Positions 1 to 8,262 of a stretch of 64,000 bases of DNA are shown piece after piece. Under the pieces are notes generated by a model, which saw nothing but the letters and a program-made list of their open reading frames with translations, did no database searches and was not told the DNA's origin. Position numbers and translations under genes: made by a program. The stretch is from Bacteroides sp. CAG:770. Its GTDB lineage: Bacteria; Bacteroidota; Bacteroidia; Bacteroidales; UBA932. Each line of letters starts with the position of its first letter. Positions within the stretch are counted from its first letter, which is position 1. The DNA is taken from positions 36,642 to 100,641 of the forward strand of contig FR890667.1 of NCBI GenBank assembly GCA_000435075.1. Reading direction: 5' to 3'.

Positions 1-2
1 CT

Positions 3-31
3 GTTTCGTTCTAGTTGAAACGTTTTTTTTT
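3..31 (+). terminator. Weak hairpin (gtttc...gaaac) followed by T9; possible rho-independent terminator of a gene upstream of the window
   Basis: 5-bp stem at 3-7 and 17-21, then a run of 9 T; seen directly in the sequence. Confidence 0.3.
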
Positions 32-229
32 GTGATGCGAAAGTTTACGCTTAATTTTCCATAATAATATAGTGAGGCATAATCATGATCGCAGAAAATG
101 ATGTATTTTTGTAGACGAGAACCAGATAAAAACAAGACCCGATAGCTTGACGAGTCAGAGGCTACCGGGAATCAACGTTGCAAATATAGCGTTTTTTCTT
201 GTTGCAACAAAGTAAATTGACTAGTTTTT

Positions 230-922
230 ATGGAATATTTAGAATTTGAAAGAATATTGTCTGCCAAGCGAATGCAGAGGTATAAAGATGCTGCGAATGG
301 TGACACTCGTAAGGCTATGGCTTTGTACCGCTACAACTTACGCTTATCGCAGGAAATGTTCACGATTGTTAGCTGCTTTGAGGTGGCTTTGCGTAATGCT
401 ATTGATAGCCTTCTGGTACCGATATTGGGAGGGAATTGGCTGAAAGATTCTATTCAAGTTAATGGAATCTTCTCCAACGGCCGCATGAACGAGACAAGAA
501 AAATCATAGAAAAAGCTTTCAACCGATTGGATAGACAGGGCATATATTCTCATTCCAAACTGATCGCGGAAATGGAATTCGGTGTATGGAAATATATGTA
601 TTCCTCTCTACAGTATCGTGCGACAGGACAATGTCTGTTAAGGGTATTCCCAAATAAACCTCGTTCATCTGCTACTGCTCAATACAACAATGCCTACATA
701 TTTAATGAACTTGACAAGGTGAATAGTCTGAGAAATAGAATCGCTCACCATGAACCAATCTGTTTCAGACTTCATGCTTCGGAAATAGACACAAGTTACA
801 TCATCAATGAATACCAGAAAATTCAGACTTTATTCTCTTGGATGGGAATAGATTCTCGTTCAATGTTATATGGACTCGACCATGTGCAGTGTGTTTGTGT
901 CAAGATTAACAGTTTGAAATAA
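230..922 (+). CDS. Abi_2 (AbiD/AbiF-like) HEPN-domain abortive-infection-like protein
   Basis: 230-aa ORF. The segment LYRYNLRLSQEMFTIVSCFEVALRNAI and the C-terminal RNRIAHHEPI (an Rx4HH HEPN-type motif) match the conserved blocks of the Abi_2/AbiD family as I recall them. It lacks the usual N-terminal ~60 aa. Confidence 0.55.
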   Translation: MEYLEFERILSAKRMQRYKDAANGDTRKAMALYRYNLRLSQEMFTIVSCFEVALRNAIDSLLVPILGGNWLKDSIQVNGIFSNGRMNETRKIIEKAFNRLDRQGIYSHSKLIAEMEFGVWKYMYSSLQYRATGQCLLRVFPNKPRSSATAQYNNAYIFNELDKVNSLRNRIAHHEPICFRLHASEIDTSYIINEYQKIQTLFSWMGIDSRSMLYGLDHVQCVCVKINSLK

Positions 923-961
923 AAATAACAGAAGCTGCTAATGAATAAAGAAAAAGACGAC

Positions 962-1432
962 TTACCCTTCGATTGACATTGACTCGATTCGCAGCTGGAA
1001 GACTCCTGAGGGGGCCTGGACATCCACGATGTCGCCTACCTTTTTGCCCATCAGGGCCATTCCTATCGGCGATTTGCAGGAAATCTTTCCGTTCTTGAGG
1101 TCCATCTCATGCGGGCTGACTATGGTATAAGTCATTTTTACATTTGTCGCCAGATTCGTGAACTCCACCTTGCTAAGCAATGAAATCTGGTCCTTCGGCA
1201 GAGCCTTCGTGTCAATGATTCTGGAGTAGTCCAGCACCCTCTGGAGAAAGCGTATCCTGCTGATAGTCTTGCCCTGGGCCCTCCTGGCGGCCCGGTACTC
1301 GAAATTCTCACTCAGATCACCTTGAGCCCGGGCCTCAGCCAAGGCATCCTTTATACGCGGATATTCCTCATTTATCAGAAAATTGATTTCTGCGACGATC
1401 TCGTCGTAGCGTTCCTTAGACAAATACTCCAT
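962..1432 (-). CDS. greA: Transcription elongation factor GreA
   Basis: 156-aa ORF of typical GreA length, with a coiled-coil N-terminal half and an FKBP-like C-terminal half (GKKVGDIVDVQAPSG). Confidence 0.85.
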   Translation of the reverse strand: MEYLSKERYDEIVAEINFLINEEYPRIKDALAEARAQGDLSENFEYRAARRAQGKTISRIRFLQRVLDYSRIIDTKALPKDQISLLSKVEFTNLATNVKMTYTIVSPHEMDLKNGKISCKSPIGMALMGKKVGDIVDVQAPSGVFQLRIESMSIEG

Positions 1433-1435
1433 AGT

Positions 1436-1699
1436 TTATCTGTTGTCTCTGAAATGAATAGTCTGTGTCTCGAAATCCATGTCGTCGATAATCGCGATGG
1501 ACTCCAGATGGTATCCCGCTTCGCGGAGAAACTTGCCGCCCCTCTGCTGCCCCTTTTCAATGGCGACGCCCAGACCGACGACATCGGCACCTGCTTGCTT
1601 GTCAATGTCAATCTGATGATTGAGAAAATTGTCAACTTTGAGGATGTTGCCCTCCTTGATTACTCCGTCCGAGATAATCTTTTCTTCTAGAAAATTCAT
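1436..1699 (-). pseudogene. xpt: Xanthine phosphoribosyltransferase (xpt) remnant with an in-frame internal deletion of about 120 codons
   Basis: The 87-aa ORF joins an Xpt-like N-terminus (MNFLEEKIISDGVIKEGNILKVDNFLNHQID) directly to an Xpt-like C-terminus (KQAGADVVGLGVAIEKGQQRGGKFLREAGYHLESIAIID). The whole PRPP-binding core is missing. Confidence 0.5.
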
Positions 1700-1700
1700 T

Positions 1701-3293
1701 TCAAGGTCTATTGGTTGTTTGGAATTTGTCGGTATGCTCTATAATACAACTATGCTTCTTACTTTTCTTGTCATAGTTGATGCCCACCAGAATCACTTTC
1801 CCGAAATATCTCTCGAGCGCGTCCCCATAATTTTTACGCTTAATCTGGTTGATAGCCGTATCGGAATCTTGATTGTATTTCAATTCGAGTACAATAGCCG
1901 GCAGGTCAATGTTTCTGTGAGGTATCATTACGATATCTGCGAAGCCTTTGCCTCCCGGCAGTTCCCGTATTATCTGATAACGGCTTCTGGCAGTATAAAA
2001 TGCCAGCGACAGGACGCAAGCCAATGAATTTTCATCATTGTACTTGATGAGGCTGGTATTCTGCTCATGAATTGTGTCAATGTGTGTCGCAACTACCTCT
2101 GCATCACCATTCAAAACACAAGACAACAAGTACTCTGATTGCTTGAGAGCATCTGTCACTTCTGCCCATCCTGTGTCCGCGATGGCCGTTTCAAACTCTT
2201 GACGGACCTCATAGTTCGGAATGCAGGCGCACTTGGTGGCATCATTATAGGACAAGTAACCCAGATGACACAATAGCGTCAGAACATCATCCTTGCAGTC
2301 GACCTTATGCATGTCGTTGCTGAAACGAAGAGAATTGACTCTCACCGGAATATCATTAAACGCGGAGACAATGTCATCCTTCAATCCCTCAAAATTCATG
2401 GTGATATATCTGCGCAAGTCCTCAAAAGTATTCGTGCTAGTCCAGTAACTTGAAAACGATCTTCTCTTCAATGCTCTCATTACTGCAAAAGGATTGTATA
2501 TGGCCTTTTCGTTTCCCAATTCGTAGCCATCATACCAGAGTTTCATTTCATGGGCATCCATATCCGCCACCTTGCATAGAGCAAGAACTTCTTTCTCCGT
2601 GAAGCCGAAGTAAGGGGCAAGCTGGGCCGGACTCAGCATGGTATATTCTTCGAAGTTGTTCAATGCTGACTGTGTGTTATACCGTTTGATAGGAAGAATA
2701 CCTGTCATATAGACACACGTGAACACATACTCTGTTCTGCTGCCCTTGAATAACCTGCGAAGAAAATCCACATATTCATCCATCAGCTTCTCATATCCCT
2801 CTCGACAAAGAGCATCCCACTCATCGATCAGGCATACGAACTTCTCGCCTGTATTGTCAACGATGCTTACCAGAAGGTCCATAAGATCATCGTTGGGATT
2901 CATTGCGACTCCTTCATACACATTCAGCAGTTCGTTGCAGATGTCCTGCTTCATTTTATCTATCAGGTGATTATCGTCTCCGTACTTCGTCACGAAATCT
3001 GTCATATCCAGATAGAGTACAGGAAAATGATTCAGATGTTTCTTGAAGTCAGGCTGCCTGCTGATTTCCAACCCCTCGAACAGACTCTCTGAGCTACAGG
3101 ACCTGTCATAGTAGGCATTAAGCATCTTCACTGCAACGGATTTTCCGAATCGACGTGCACGTGTAACGCACATGTATCGGTTTTCGGTCAACATTACAGA
3201 GTTAACTTCTTCAATAAGCATACTCTTGTCCACAAAGTTAGTGTTGCGGACAGAAGCAAAGCCATCGTTGCCTTTATCTATAAAATTTCCCAT
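1701..3293 (-). CDS. AAA-ATPase-like (PF09820-type) N-domain plus C-terminal PD-(D/E)XK nuclease (DUF1703/PDDEXK_9-type) family protein
   Basis: 530 aa. The N-terminus FVDKSMLIEE..YMCVTRARRFGKS resembles the predicted AAA-ATPase family. The C-terminus IVLELKYNQD...YGDAL...VILVGINYD carries a D..ExK-like nuclease motif. Confidence 0.6.
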   Translation of the reverse strand: MGNFIDKGNDGFASVRNTNFVDKSMLIEEVNSVMLTENRYMCVTRARRFGKSVAVKMLNAYYDRSCSSESLFEGLEISRQPDFKKHLNHFPVLYLDMTDFVTKYGDDNHLIDKMKQDICNELLNVYEGVAMNPNDDLMDLLVSIVDNTGEKFVCLIDEWDALCREGYEKLMDEYVDFLRRLFKGSRTEYVFTCVYMTGILPIKRYNTQSALNNFEEYTMLSPAQLAPYFGFTEKEVLALCKVADMDAHEMKLWYDGYELGNEKAIYNPFAVMRALKRRSFSSYWTSTNTFEDLRRYITMNFEGLKDDIVSAFNDIPVRVNSLRFSNDMHKVDCKDDVLTLLCHLGYLSYNDATKCACIPNYEVRQEFETAIADTGWAEVTDALKQSEYLLSCVLNGDAEVVATHIDTIHEQNTSLIKYNDENSLACVLSLAFYTARSRYQIIRELPGGKGFADIVMIPHRNIDLPAIVLELKYNQDSDTAINQIKRKNYGDALERYFGKVILVGINYDKKSKKHSCIIEHTDKFQTTNRP

Positions 3294-3451
3294 AAGTCTT
3301 GATTTATCCCTAAATTTACGGCTTTTGTTTGGCTTGACAAAATTTGTTTTTCGGTGTGGTTTTGGTTCATGTTTGGTTCATTTGCACTATTTGCGTATTC
3401 TTCAGGTTTTTTCGCTTCCGTGGAAGTGAAAAACATGTTATCTTTGCAATT

Positions 3452-4741
3452 ATGAGTTTGAAGTTAATGGAATTCCTTGTTTACTTGTGTTCCGGCATGA
3501 TTTGTCTTGTGCTGGGAATGGTCCTCATTGTTGTCAGGACAAGGGAAAACAATGGATCCCACAACTTCAGATTTGTATTGAGAAGCATTGCATTTGCCGC
3601 TTTTCTGGATGTGCTTTTTGATGTGGTCGTCATTTATCTCCAGTGGCTCAAGGTCGATTACGTAGTAGCAAACCACTTCTTTGCGCCGCTCATAATGTAT
3701 AGCCAGATTTTCTTGGGAGTGGGAGCTATGCTGAAACTCTTCAGATCTGAGAAGGTCAATCTCCGCAGTATGTTGCTGCTTGTTTCTCCAGTATTTGTTC
3801 TGACAGTCCTATATATATTGGCATTCTTACGGGAGACTGATTCGATTACATTGGCCTCATATGAGGAATTTATCAAGTTGGGTTCTGCAAATTTCTTGTC
3901 CGGAACTTTGCTTGTCTGCCTTCTGATAGAATTGCTGGTCGTCGGCTTTTGGCTATATCAGGAGATGTCGAGATATAACAGGCTTCTTGGCGACTATTAT
4001 ACTGACAACCATATTGAGGACGGGCACAAGGTCTATTCCATAATGCTTGCGTTTACCATCTATATAATAACGACATTCTTCTTCTTTTTTAGTGTAAACG
4101 CCGTTCACAGGCTGGTAATAATGAGCCTGAATACGGGCTTGTTCATTCTGTTTACTGTCGTACTGATAAACCTCCAGCATATCTTCAATCTCGTTTCGCC
4201 GGCATTCACCTACAACGAAGCGCCACACGAGAATAAGGATACATTTACAGTTGCAGGCGATGTCAATGATAGTGAAGATTTTATGGATTCGGATATGATT
4301 CCGGAACCGTCACCCATAGAAGAAACCGCATCTGATGTGCAGGAGCCTGCAGAAACTGATTCCGATACTGAAACACCGGACAGACGAAGAATTGACGAGA
4401 TTGTAAAACAATGGAGCGAAAGTCCGGATAAATTATATTTGACCGAAGGCATCACATTGTCAAGTGCTGCAGACAGCATGGGAGTCAGCCCGAGACTGCT
4501 CTCAGACTTTCTGAACAATATTTATGAGAAGAACTTCAATACTTGGATAAAGTCTCTCAGGGTAGAGGAAGTCAAGCGCCTGCTTCAGCAGACTGAGCCT
4601 AAGATGACATTGCTCGACATAGCTGCGCTTACAGGCTTTCCTGATGCATCTTCAATGTCGAAAGCATTCAAACTTTTTACAGGAGTGACACCTTCTGCAT
4701 ATCGCACATCGAATGGGGGGGGGACGAGTAATCGTTCATAA
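3452..4741 (+). CDS. 7-TM membrane domain fused to an AraC-type HTH: a membrane-embedded one-component transcriptional regulator
   Basis: Seven hydrophobic helices in the N-terminal ~270 aa, then an acidic linker (DVNDSEDFMDSD..ETDSDTE), then a C-terminal AraC/XylS HTH (LLDIAALTGFPDASSMSKAFKLFTGVTPSAYR). The start was moved to the internal ATG at 3452 because the 36 codons upstream look like non-coding AT-rich promoter sequence. Confidence 0.6.
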   Translation: MSLKLMEFLVYLCSGMICLVLGMVLIVVRTRENNGSHNFRFVLRSIAFAAFLDVLFDVVVIYLQWLKVDYVVANHFFAPLIMYSQIFLGVGAMLKLFRSEKVNLRSMLLLVSPVFVLTVLYILAFLRETDSITLASYEEFIKLGSANFLSGTLLVCLLIELLVVGFWLYQEMSRYNRLLGDYYTDNHIEDGHKVYSIMLAFTIYIITTFFFFFSVNAVHRLVIMSLNTGLFILFTVVLINLQHIFNLVSPAFTYNEAPHENKDTFTVAGDVNDSEDFMDSDMIPEPSPIEETASDVQEPAETDSDTETPDRRRIDEIVKQWSESPDKLYLTEGITLSSAADSMGVSPRLLSDFLNNIYEKNFNTWIKSLRVEEVKRLLQQTEPKMTLLDIAALTGFPDASSMSKAFKLFTGVTPSAYRTSNGGGTSNRS

Positions 4742-4767
4742 AACACTGAAAACTAAATAGTTCTGAA

Positions 4768-4861
4768 AATGACTTGTCGAGTTCGGTACTGATTTGACAA
4801 GATTTTCCGTAAAATTTTTTGGCTGGTTTTTTGTGAAAAAAGTCGATTTTTGACAAGAATT
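4768..4861. promoter_or_regulatory. Cluster of three TGACAAG/CTTGTCA motifs upstream of upxY; candidate operator sites
   Basis: aatgacttgtcgag (4768-4781, inverted), gatttgacaagatttt (4791-4806) and gatttttgacaagaatt (4845-4861) lie in the 340-bp leader before the capsule operon. Confidence 0.3.
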
Positions 4862-5082
4862 AACACGTTAGTCAAAGCAAAATCCATTTTCTTTGCATTT
4901 AGAAAAATTATAAAGGATAGAAGCATGGTAATACACCAACCTTTACTGATAAGCAAGGCTTTTTCCTGAATTAATAAGAAGAGACAGCCGTCCACTTGCC
5001 GAACATAACCTAACTTTCAGGCTATAACAAGCAAAATAACAGCGGTATTTATTAAAAAATTGATATAAGTAGTGGATTTTCA

Positions 5083-5661
5083 ATGGAATACATTAAAAAT
5101 CAAGCCCCAGAGGTATGTGCTTACCTTAAGGTCAAGGCCAGAAAGACCATAAAACTTTGGTTTGCCATGCGAGTCACTTATCGCAGGGAAGCCGAGGTCA
5201 AGAGAATTCTGGATTCGCTTGGCATCGCCAGTTATACACCTATGCAGTGGCACGTAACCGAAAACGGCAAGAGAGTTCTGGAACCTGCAGTCCGGAATCT
5301 TGTATTTGTGAATTGTACACAGGACAGGATGACGGAAGTCAAGAATTCCGGACGTATTCCATTCATGCAGTACATGATGGACGGGAGGACCGGGAACAAG
5401 ATTATCGTCCCGGATGATGACATGGCCCGTTTCATATCAGTGACTGCTTCTTGCGAGGAGAATCTCCGGTACTATCCGGCAGGCGAGGTCAACCTCTCCA
5501 AAGGTCAGAAAGTCCGGATAACCGGGGGAATCTTCCAAGGTTGCGAAGGTATGTTCGTGAAACTGAAAGGCATGAGGTCCAAGAAAGTTGTAATCGAGGT
5601 AAAAGGCGTAATGTCCGTCGCCCTCGTTTCTGTCTCACCTGAATTTATCGAAACCATCTGA
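5083..5661 (+). CDS. upxY: UpxY-family (NusG/KOW-like) transcription antiterminator, first gene of the capsular polysaccharide operon
   Basis: 192 aa with WFAMRVTYRREAEVKRILDSLGI (NusG N-terminal-like) and a C-terminal KOW-like region (KGQKVRITGGIFQGCEGMFVKLKG). Its position at the head of a co-directional glycosyltransferase operon is typical of Bacteroidales capsule loci. Confidence 0.75.
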   Translation: MEYIKNQAPEVCAYLKVKARKTIKLWFAMRVTYRREAEVKRILDSLGIASYTPMQWHVTENGKRVLEPAVRNLVFVNCTQDRMTEVKNSGRIPFMQYMMDGRTGNKIIVPDDDMARFISVTASCEENLRYYPAGEVNLSKGQKVRITGGIFQGCEGMFVKLKGMRSKKVVIEVKGVMSVALVSVSPEFIETI

Positions 5662-5664
5662 CGC

Positions 5665-6093
5665 ATGACCATCGCAATTGACTTTGACGGAACTATTGTA
5701 GAACATAGGTACCCCGAAATTGGAAAAGAAATACCATTTGCCACAGCAACATTGAAATTGCTGATCGCCGAAGGCCATAGGCTCATCCTCTGGTCTGTTC
5801 GCGAAGGGGATTTGCTCAAAGAGGCTGTCGAATGGTGTTCCGCCCGCGGGGTAGAGTTTTATGCCGTCAATACGAATCATCCTGAGATCCGCTACGACGC
5901 GGATGAAATTGTCCGGCAGCCGAGAAAGCTTACTGCCGACTTTTTCATTGATGACCGCAACCTCGGCGGCCTTCCCGACTGGGGTGTCATCTACGAGATG
6001 ATTCATTCGGGTCTCTCCTGGGGAGAGTATTACAGAAAAATTTATTCTGCTGCGGAACCAAAGCGCTCGTTCTGGGACCGCCTCAAGAAATAA
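5665..6093 (+). CDS. HAD-superfamily hydrolase-like protein
   Basis: An N-terminal IAIDFDGTIV DxDGT motif and a later FIDDR motif. It occupies the position where UpxZ is often found, but it is a HAD-type protein. Confidence 0.5.
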   Translation: MTIAIDFDGTIVEHRYPEIGKEIPFATATLKLLIAEGHRLILWSVREGDLLKEAVEWCSARGVEFYAVNTNHPEIRYDADEIVRQPRKLTADFFIDDRNLGGLPDWGVIYEMIHSGLSWGEYYRKIYSAAEPKRSFWDRLKK

Positions 6094-6104
6094 TAGAAAC
6101 AATC

Positions 6105-7289
6105 GTGAAAATCGGAATCTTGACCCAACCTCGTGTATCTAATTACGGAGGTATTCTTCAATGTTATGCTCTTGAGACAGTTTTGGAACGGATGGGGCAT
6201 GAAGTTGTAGTCCTGGATCGCACATTCGCTGCACCTTCTGCCGGTTTGATTCTCCGGAGGTGTGGGAGTGTATTGAAGTGTCTGGTTCGAAGATATATTC
6301 TGGGGCAGAAGAACATTGCGATCCTGAGCCCGTGGAGTCAGCAATATGTAATAGATAAAAGGGAACATGATCACTACTCAGTGCTGTTTAAGTTTACACA
6401 TGAATACCTTAACATAACTAGTCCATTGAGATCTTCGGAAGCACTCCTCAAACGGGTTAAGAAAGAGAAACTAGATTGCCTTATTGTTGGCAGTGATCAG
6501 GTTTGGCGAGAGTGCTATTCTCCATATTTGCCTGATTTCTTTGCAGGATTCCTCCCTGAGGATGACAAGATACTGAAAATCACCTATGGTGCGTCTTTCG
6601 GAACATCTGAGAACCCTATTTCTGAGCAGATGCTGGAGACTTGCAAAAGGCTGTCATCGCGTTTCGACGCTATCTCCGTCCGTGAGAAGTCCGCTGTCGG
6701 ACTTGTGGAACAGTATTTCGGAAAGCATGCTGAACTTGTTCTGGACCCGACATTGCTGCTCGGCGCTGAAGACTATGTTATTGAAAGGTCGAAAACAGCA
6801 TGTCCTGTAACTGCAGAGCAAGATACTCTTGTCAGTTATGTTCTCGATACTGACGGGCAAAAGGCGAAAATTGCCAATGATGTTGCCGGCGAGTTAGGTC
6901 TTAAAGAGAGTTTTATGGGCTTGTCTCCCAAGAAGTCAGACGGAAGCCCGGATAAAATGATTACCATCCAGACCTGGCTTGACAATTTCAGGAATGCGTC
7001 CTTTGTCGTTACTGATTCATTCCATGGCTGCGTATTTTCGATCATAAACCGCAAGCCGTTTATCGCGATTGTCAATCACTCGCGCGGCGCGGACAGATTT
7101 GTGTCAATGCTGTCGCAACTCGGGCTTGAAGGAAGAATGGTCAATGATTATGAGGAGTACAGCGTTCGCCGCTCCGAACTGATGGCTCCGATAGACTATT
7201 CTAACGTATATGCTCGGTTGCAAACACTTAAGGCTCACAGCCTTGGCTATTTGAGCGGAATGTTGGAAAGAAAGTACCATGACAGATAA
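6105..7289 (+). CDS. Polysaccharide pyruvyl transferase family protein
   Basis: 394 aa; the N-terminus MKIGILTQPRVSNYGGILQCYALETVLERMGHEV is typical of PS_pyruv_trans (CsaB/WcaK-like) enzymes. Confidence 0.7.
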   Translation: MKIGILTQPRVSNYGGILQCYALETVLERMGHEVVVLDRTFAAPSAGLILRRCGSVLKCLVRRYILGQKNIAILSPWSQQYVIDKREHDHYSVLFKFTHEYLNITSPLRSSEALLKRVKKEKLDCLIVGSDQVWRECYSPYLPDFFAGFLPEDDKILKITYGASFGTSENPISEQMLETCKRLSSRFDAISVREKSAVGLVEQYFGKHAELVLDPTLLLGAEDYVIERSKTACPVTAEQDTLVSYVLDTDGQKAKIANDVAGELGLKESFMGLSPKKSDGSPDKMITIQTWLDNFRNASFVVTDSFHGCVFSIINRKPFIAIVNHSRGADRFVSMLSQLGLEGRMVNDYEEYSVRRSELMAPIDYSNVYARLQTLKAHSLGYLSGMLERKYHDR

Positions 7290-8259
7290 TAATACCCCTC
7301 TTGTCTCGGTTATCGTACCAGTGTACAATGTTGCTCCGTATGTAGAGCGATGTGCGAAGTCGTTATTTGAACAGACACTGAAAGATATTGAGATTATCTT
7401 TGTAGATGACTGCTCTCCTGACAATAGCATAGATCTGGTCAAGAATCTTGCGAACAACTATCCTGATAGGTTGGCTCAGATTAAATATGTCCGTCATGAA
7501 CACAATCGAGGCTTGGCTCAAGCAAGAAAGACTGGACTTGATGTAGCAACAGGTGAATATGTGGCGCATTGCGATTCGGATGATTATGTTTCCGTGGAGA
7601 TGTATGAGAAACTATATGATGAGGCAGAGAGGACAAAGTCTGAGATTGTATATTGTGATTTTCTTATGGATTACGGTTTGCAAAAAACAATCTGTTGTTC
7701 TGTAGAGTTGTGCCAAGATAAGGTTCTTTTTTTAGAACGCTATATCTCTTATGGCTGGACCGTTTTATGGAACATGATAATTAAGAGGCGTATCTATTTG
7801 GATAATCCTATATCATATCCATTTGGGATTTCCTATTGCGAAGATTTCTATGTAGCATGCCAGTTGTTTTATTATGCTAAAGAGGTATCCAAAGTAAACG
7901 ATACATTGTATTATTACAATCGTGCAAACGTGTCTTCGATAATGCATAGCATGAATTGGAAAACATTTGAGGATGAAAAGAAAACTTATCAGTTTATTAT
8001 TGCCTTTATAGAGGAACATGGTCTGGGGCAAAGATTGGAAAAAGTACCTTCTTGGAGGGTACTGAAGTGTAAACAGGATTTGACGTTATTTCCGGACAAG
8101 CATGAAGAATTTCTAAAGTTTTTTCCTGTTTCCAGAAAATATATCTGGTCATGTCCGTTCTGTAATAAAAAAATCAAAGTCTTGATGTGGATGCTATCGC
8201 ATGGTATGAGACCAATTGTGGTTGTAATTGACAAATTGAGATTTGCTTTAGGCAGGTAG
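7279..8259 (+). CDS. Family 2 glycosyltransferase (AT-rich copy)
   Basis: VSVIVPVYNVAPYVERCAKSLFEQT...FVDDCSPDNS...CDSDDY GT-A/DxD signature. It is a paralogue of the 12493-13476 gene. Confidence 0.85.
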   Translation: MTDNNTPLVSVIVPVYNVAPYVERCAKSLFEQTLKDIEIIFVDDCSPDNSIDLVKNLANNYPDRLAQIKYVRHEHNRGLAQARKTGLDVATGEYVAHCDSDDYVSVEMYEKLYDEAERTKSEIVYCDFLMDYGLQKTICCSVELCQDKVLFLERYISYGWTVLWNMIIKRRIYLDNPISYPFGISYCEDFYVACQLFYYAKEVSKVNDTLYYYNRANVSSIMHSMNWKTFEDEKKTYQFIIAFIEEHGLGQRLEKVPSWRVLKCKQDLTLFPDKHEEFLKFFPVSRKYIWSCPFCNKKIKVLMWMLSHGMRPIVVVIDKLRFALGR

Positions 8260-8262
8260 GTT

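Noticed and set aside
3344-3451. Longer N-terminal extension of the AraC-type regulator (ORF as listed starts at 3344)
   Set aside because: The extra 36 codons translate to an implausible Phe/Val/Cys-rich peptide from AT-rich sequence that looks like the divergent promoter region. The ATG at 3452 begins directly with the first TM helix.
4742-5082. Invertible (phase-variable) promoter upstream of upxY, as in Bacteroides fragilis capsule loci
   Set aside because: I compared the two ends of the leader for inverted repeats of 15-30 bp, which would flank an invertible segment. Only 6-bp chance matches (gttcgg) were found. No serine or tyrosine recombinase gene is nearby.
5665-6093. UpxZ trans-locus inhibitor (expected second gene of a Bacteroidales capsule operon)
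   Set aside because: The protein carries a clear HAD-type DxDGT motif (IDFDGTIV) and a FIDDR motif, so it is a HAD-superfamily hydrolase rather than a UpxZ family member. It is kept as a HAD hydrolase.
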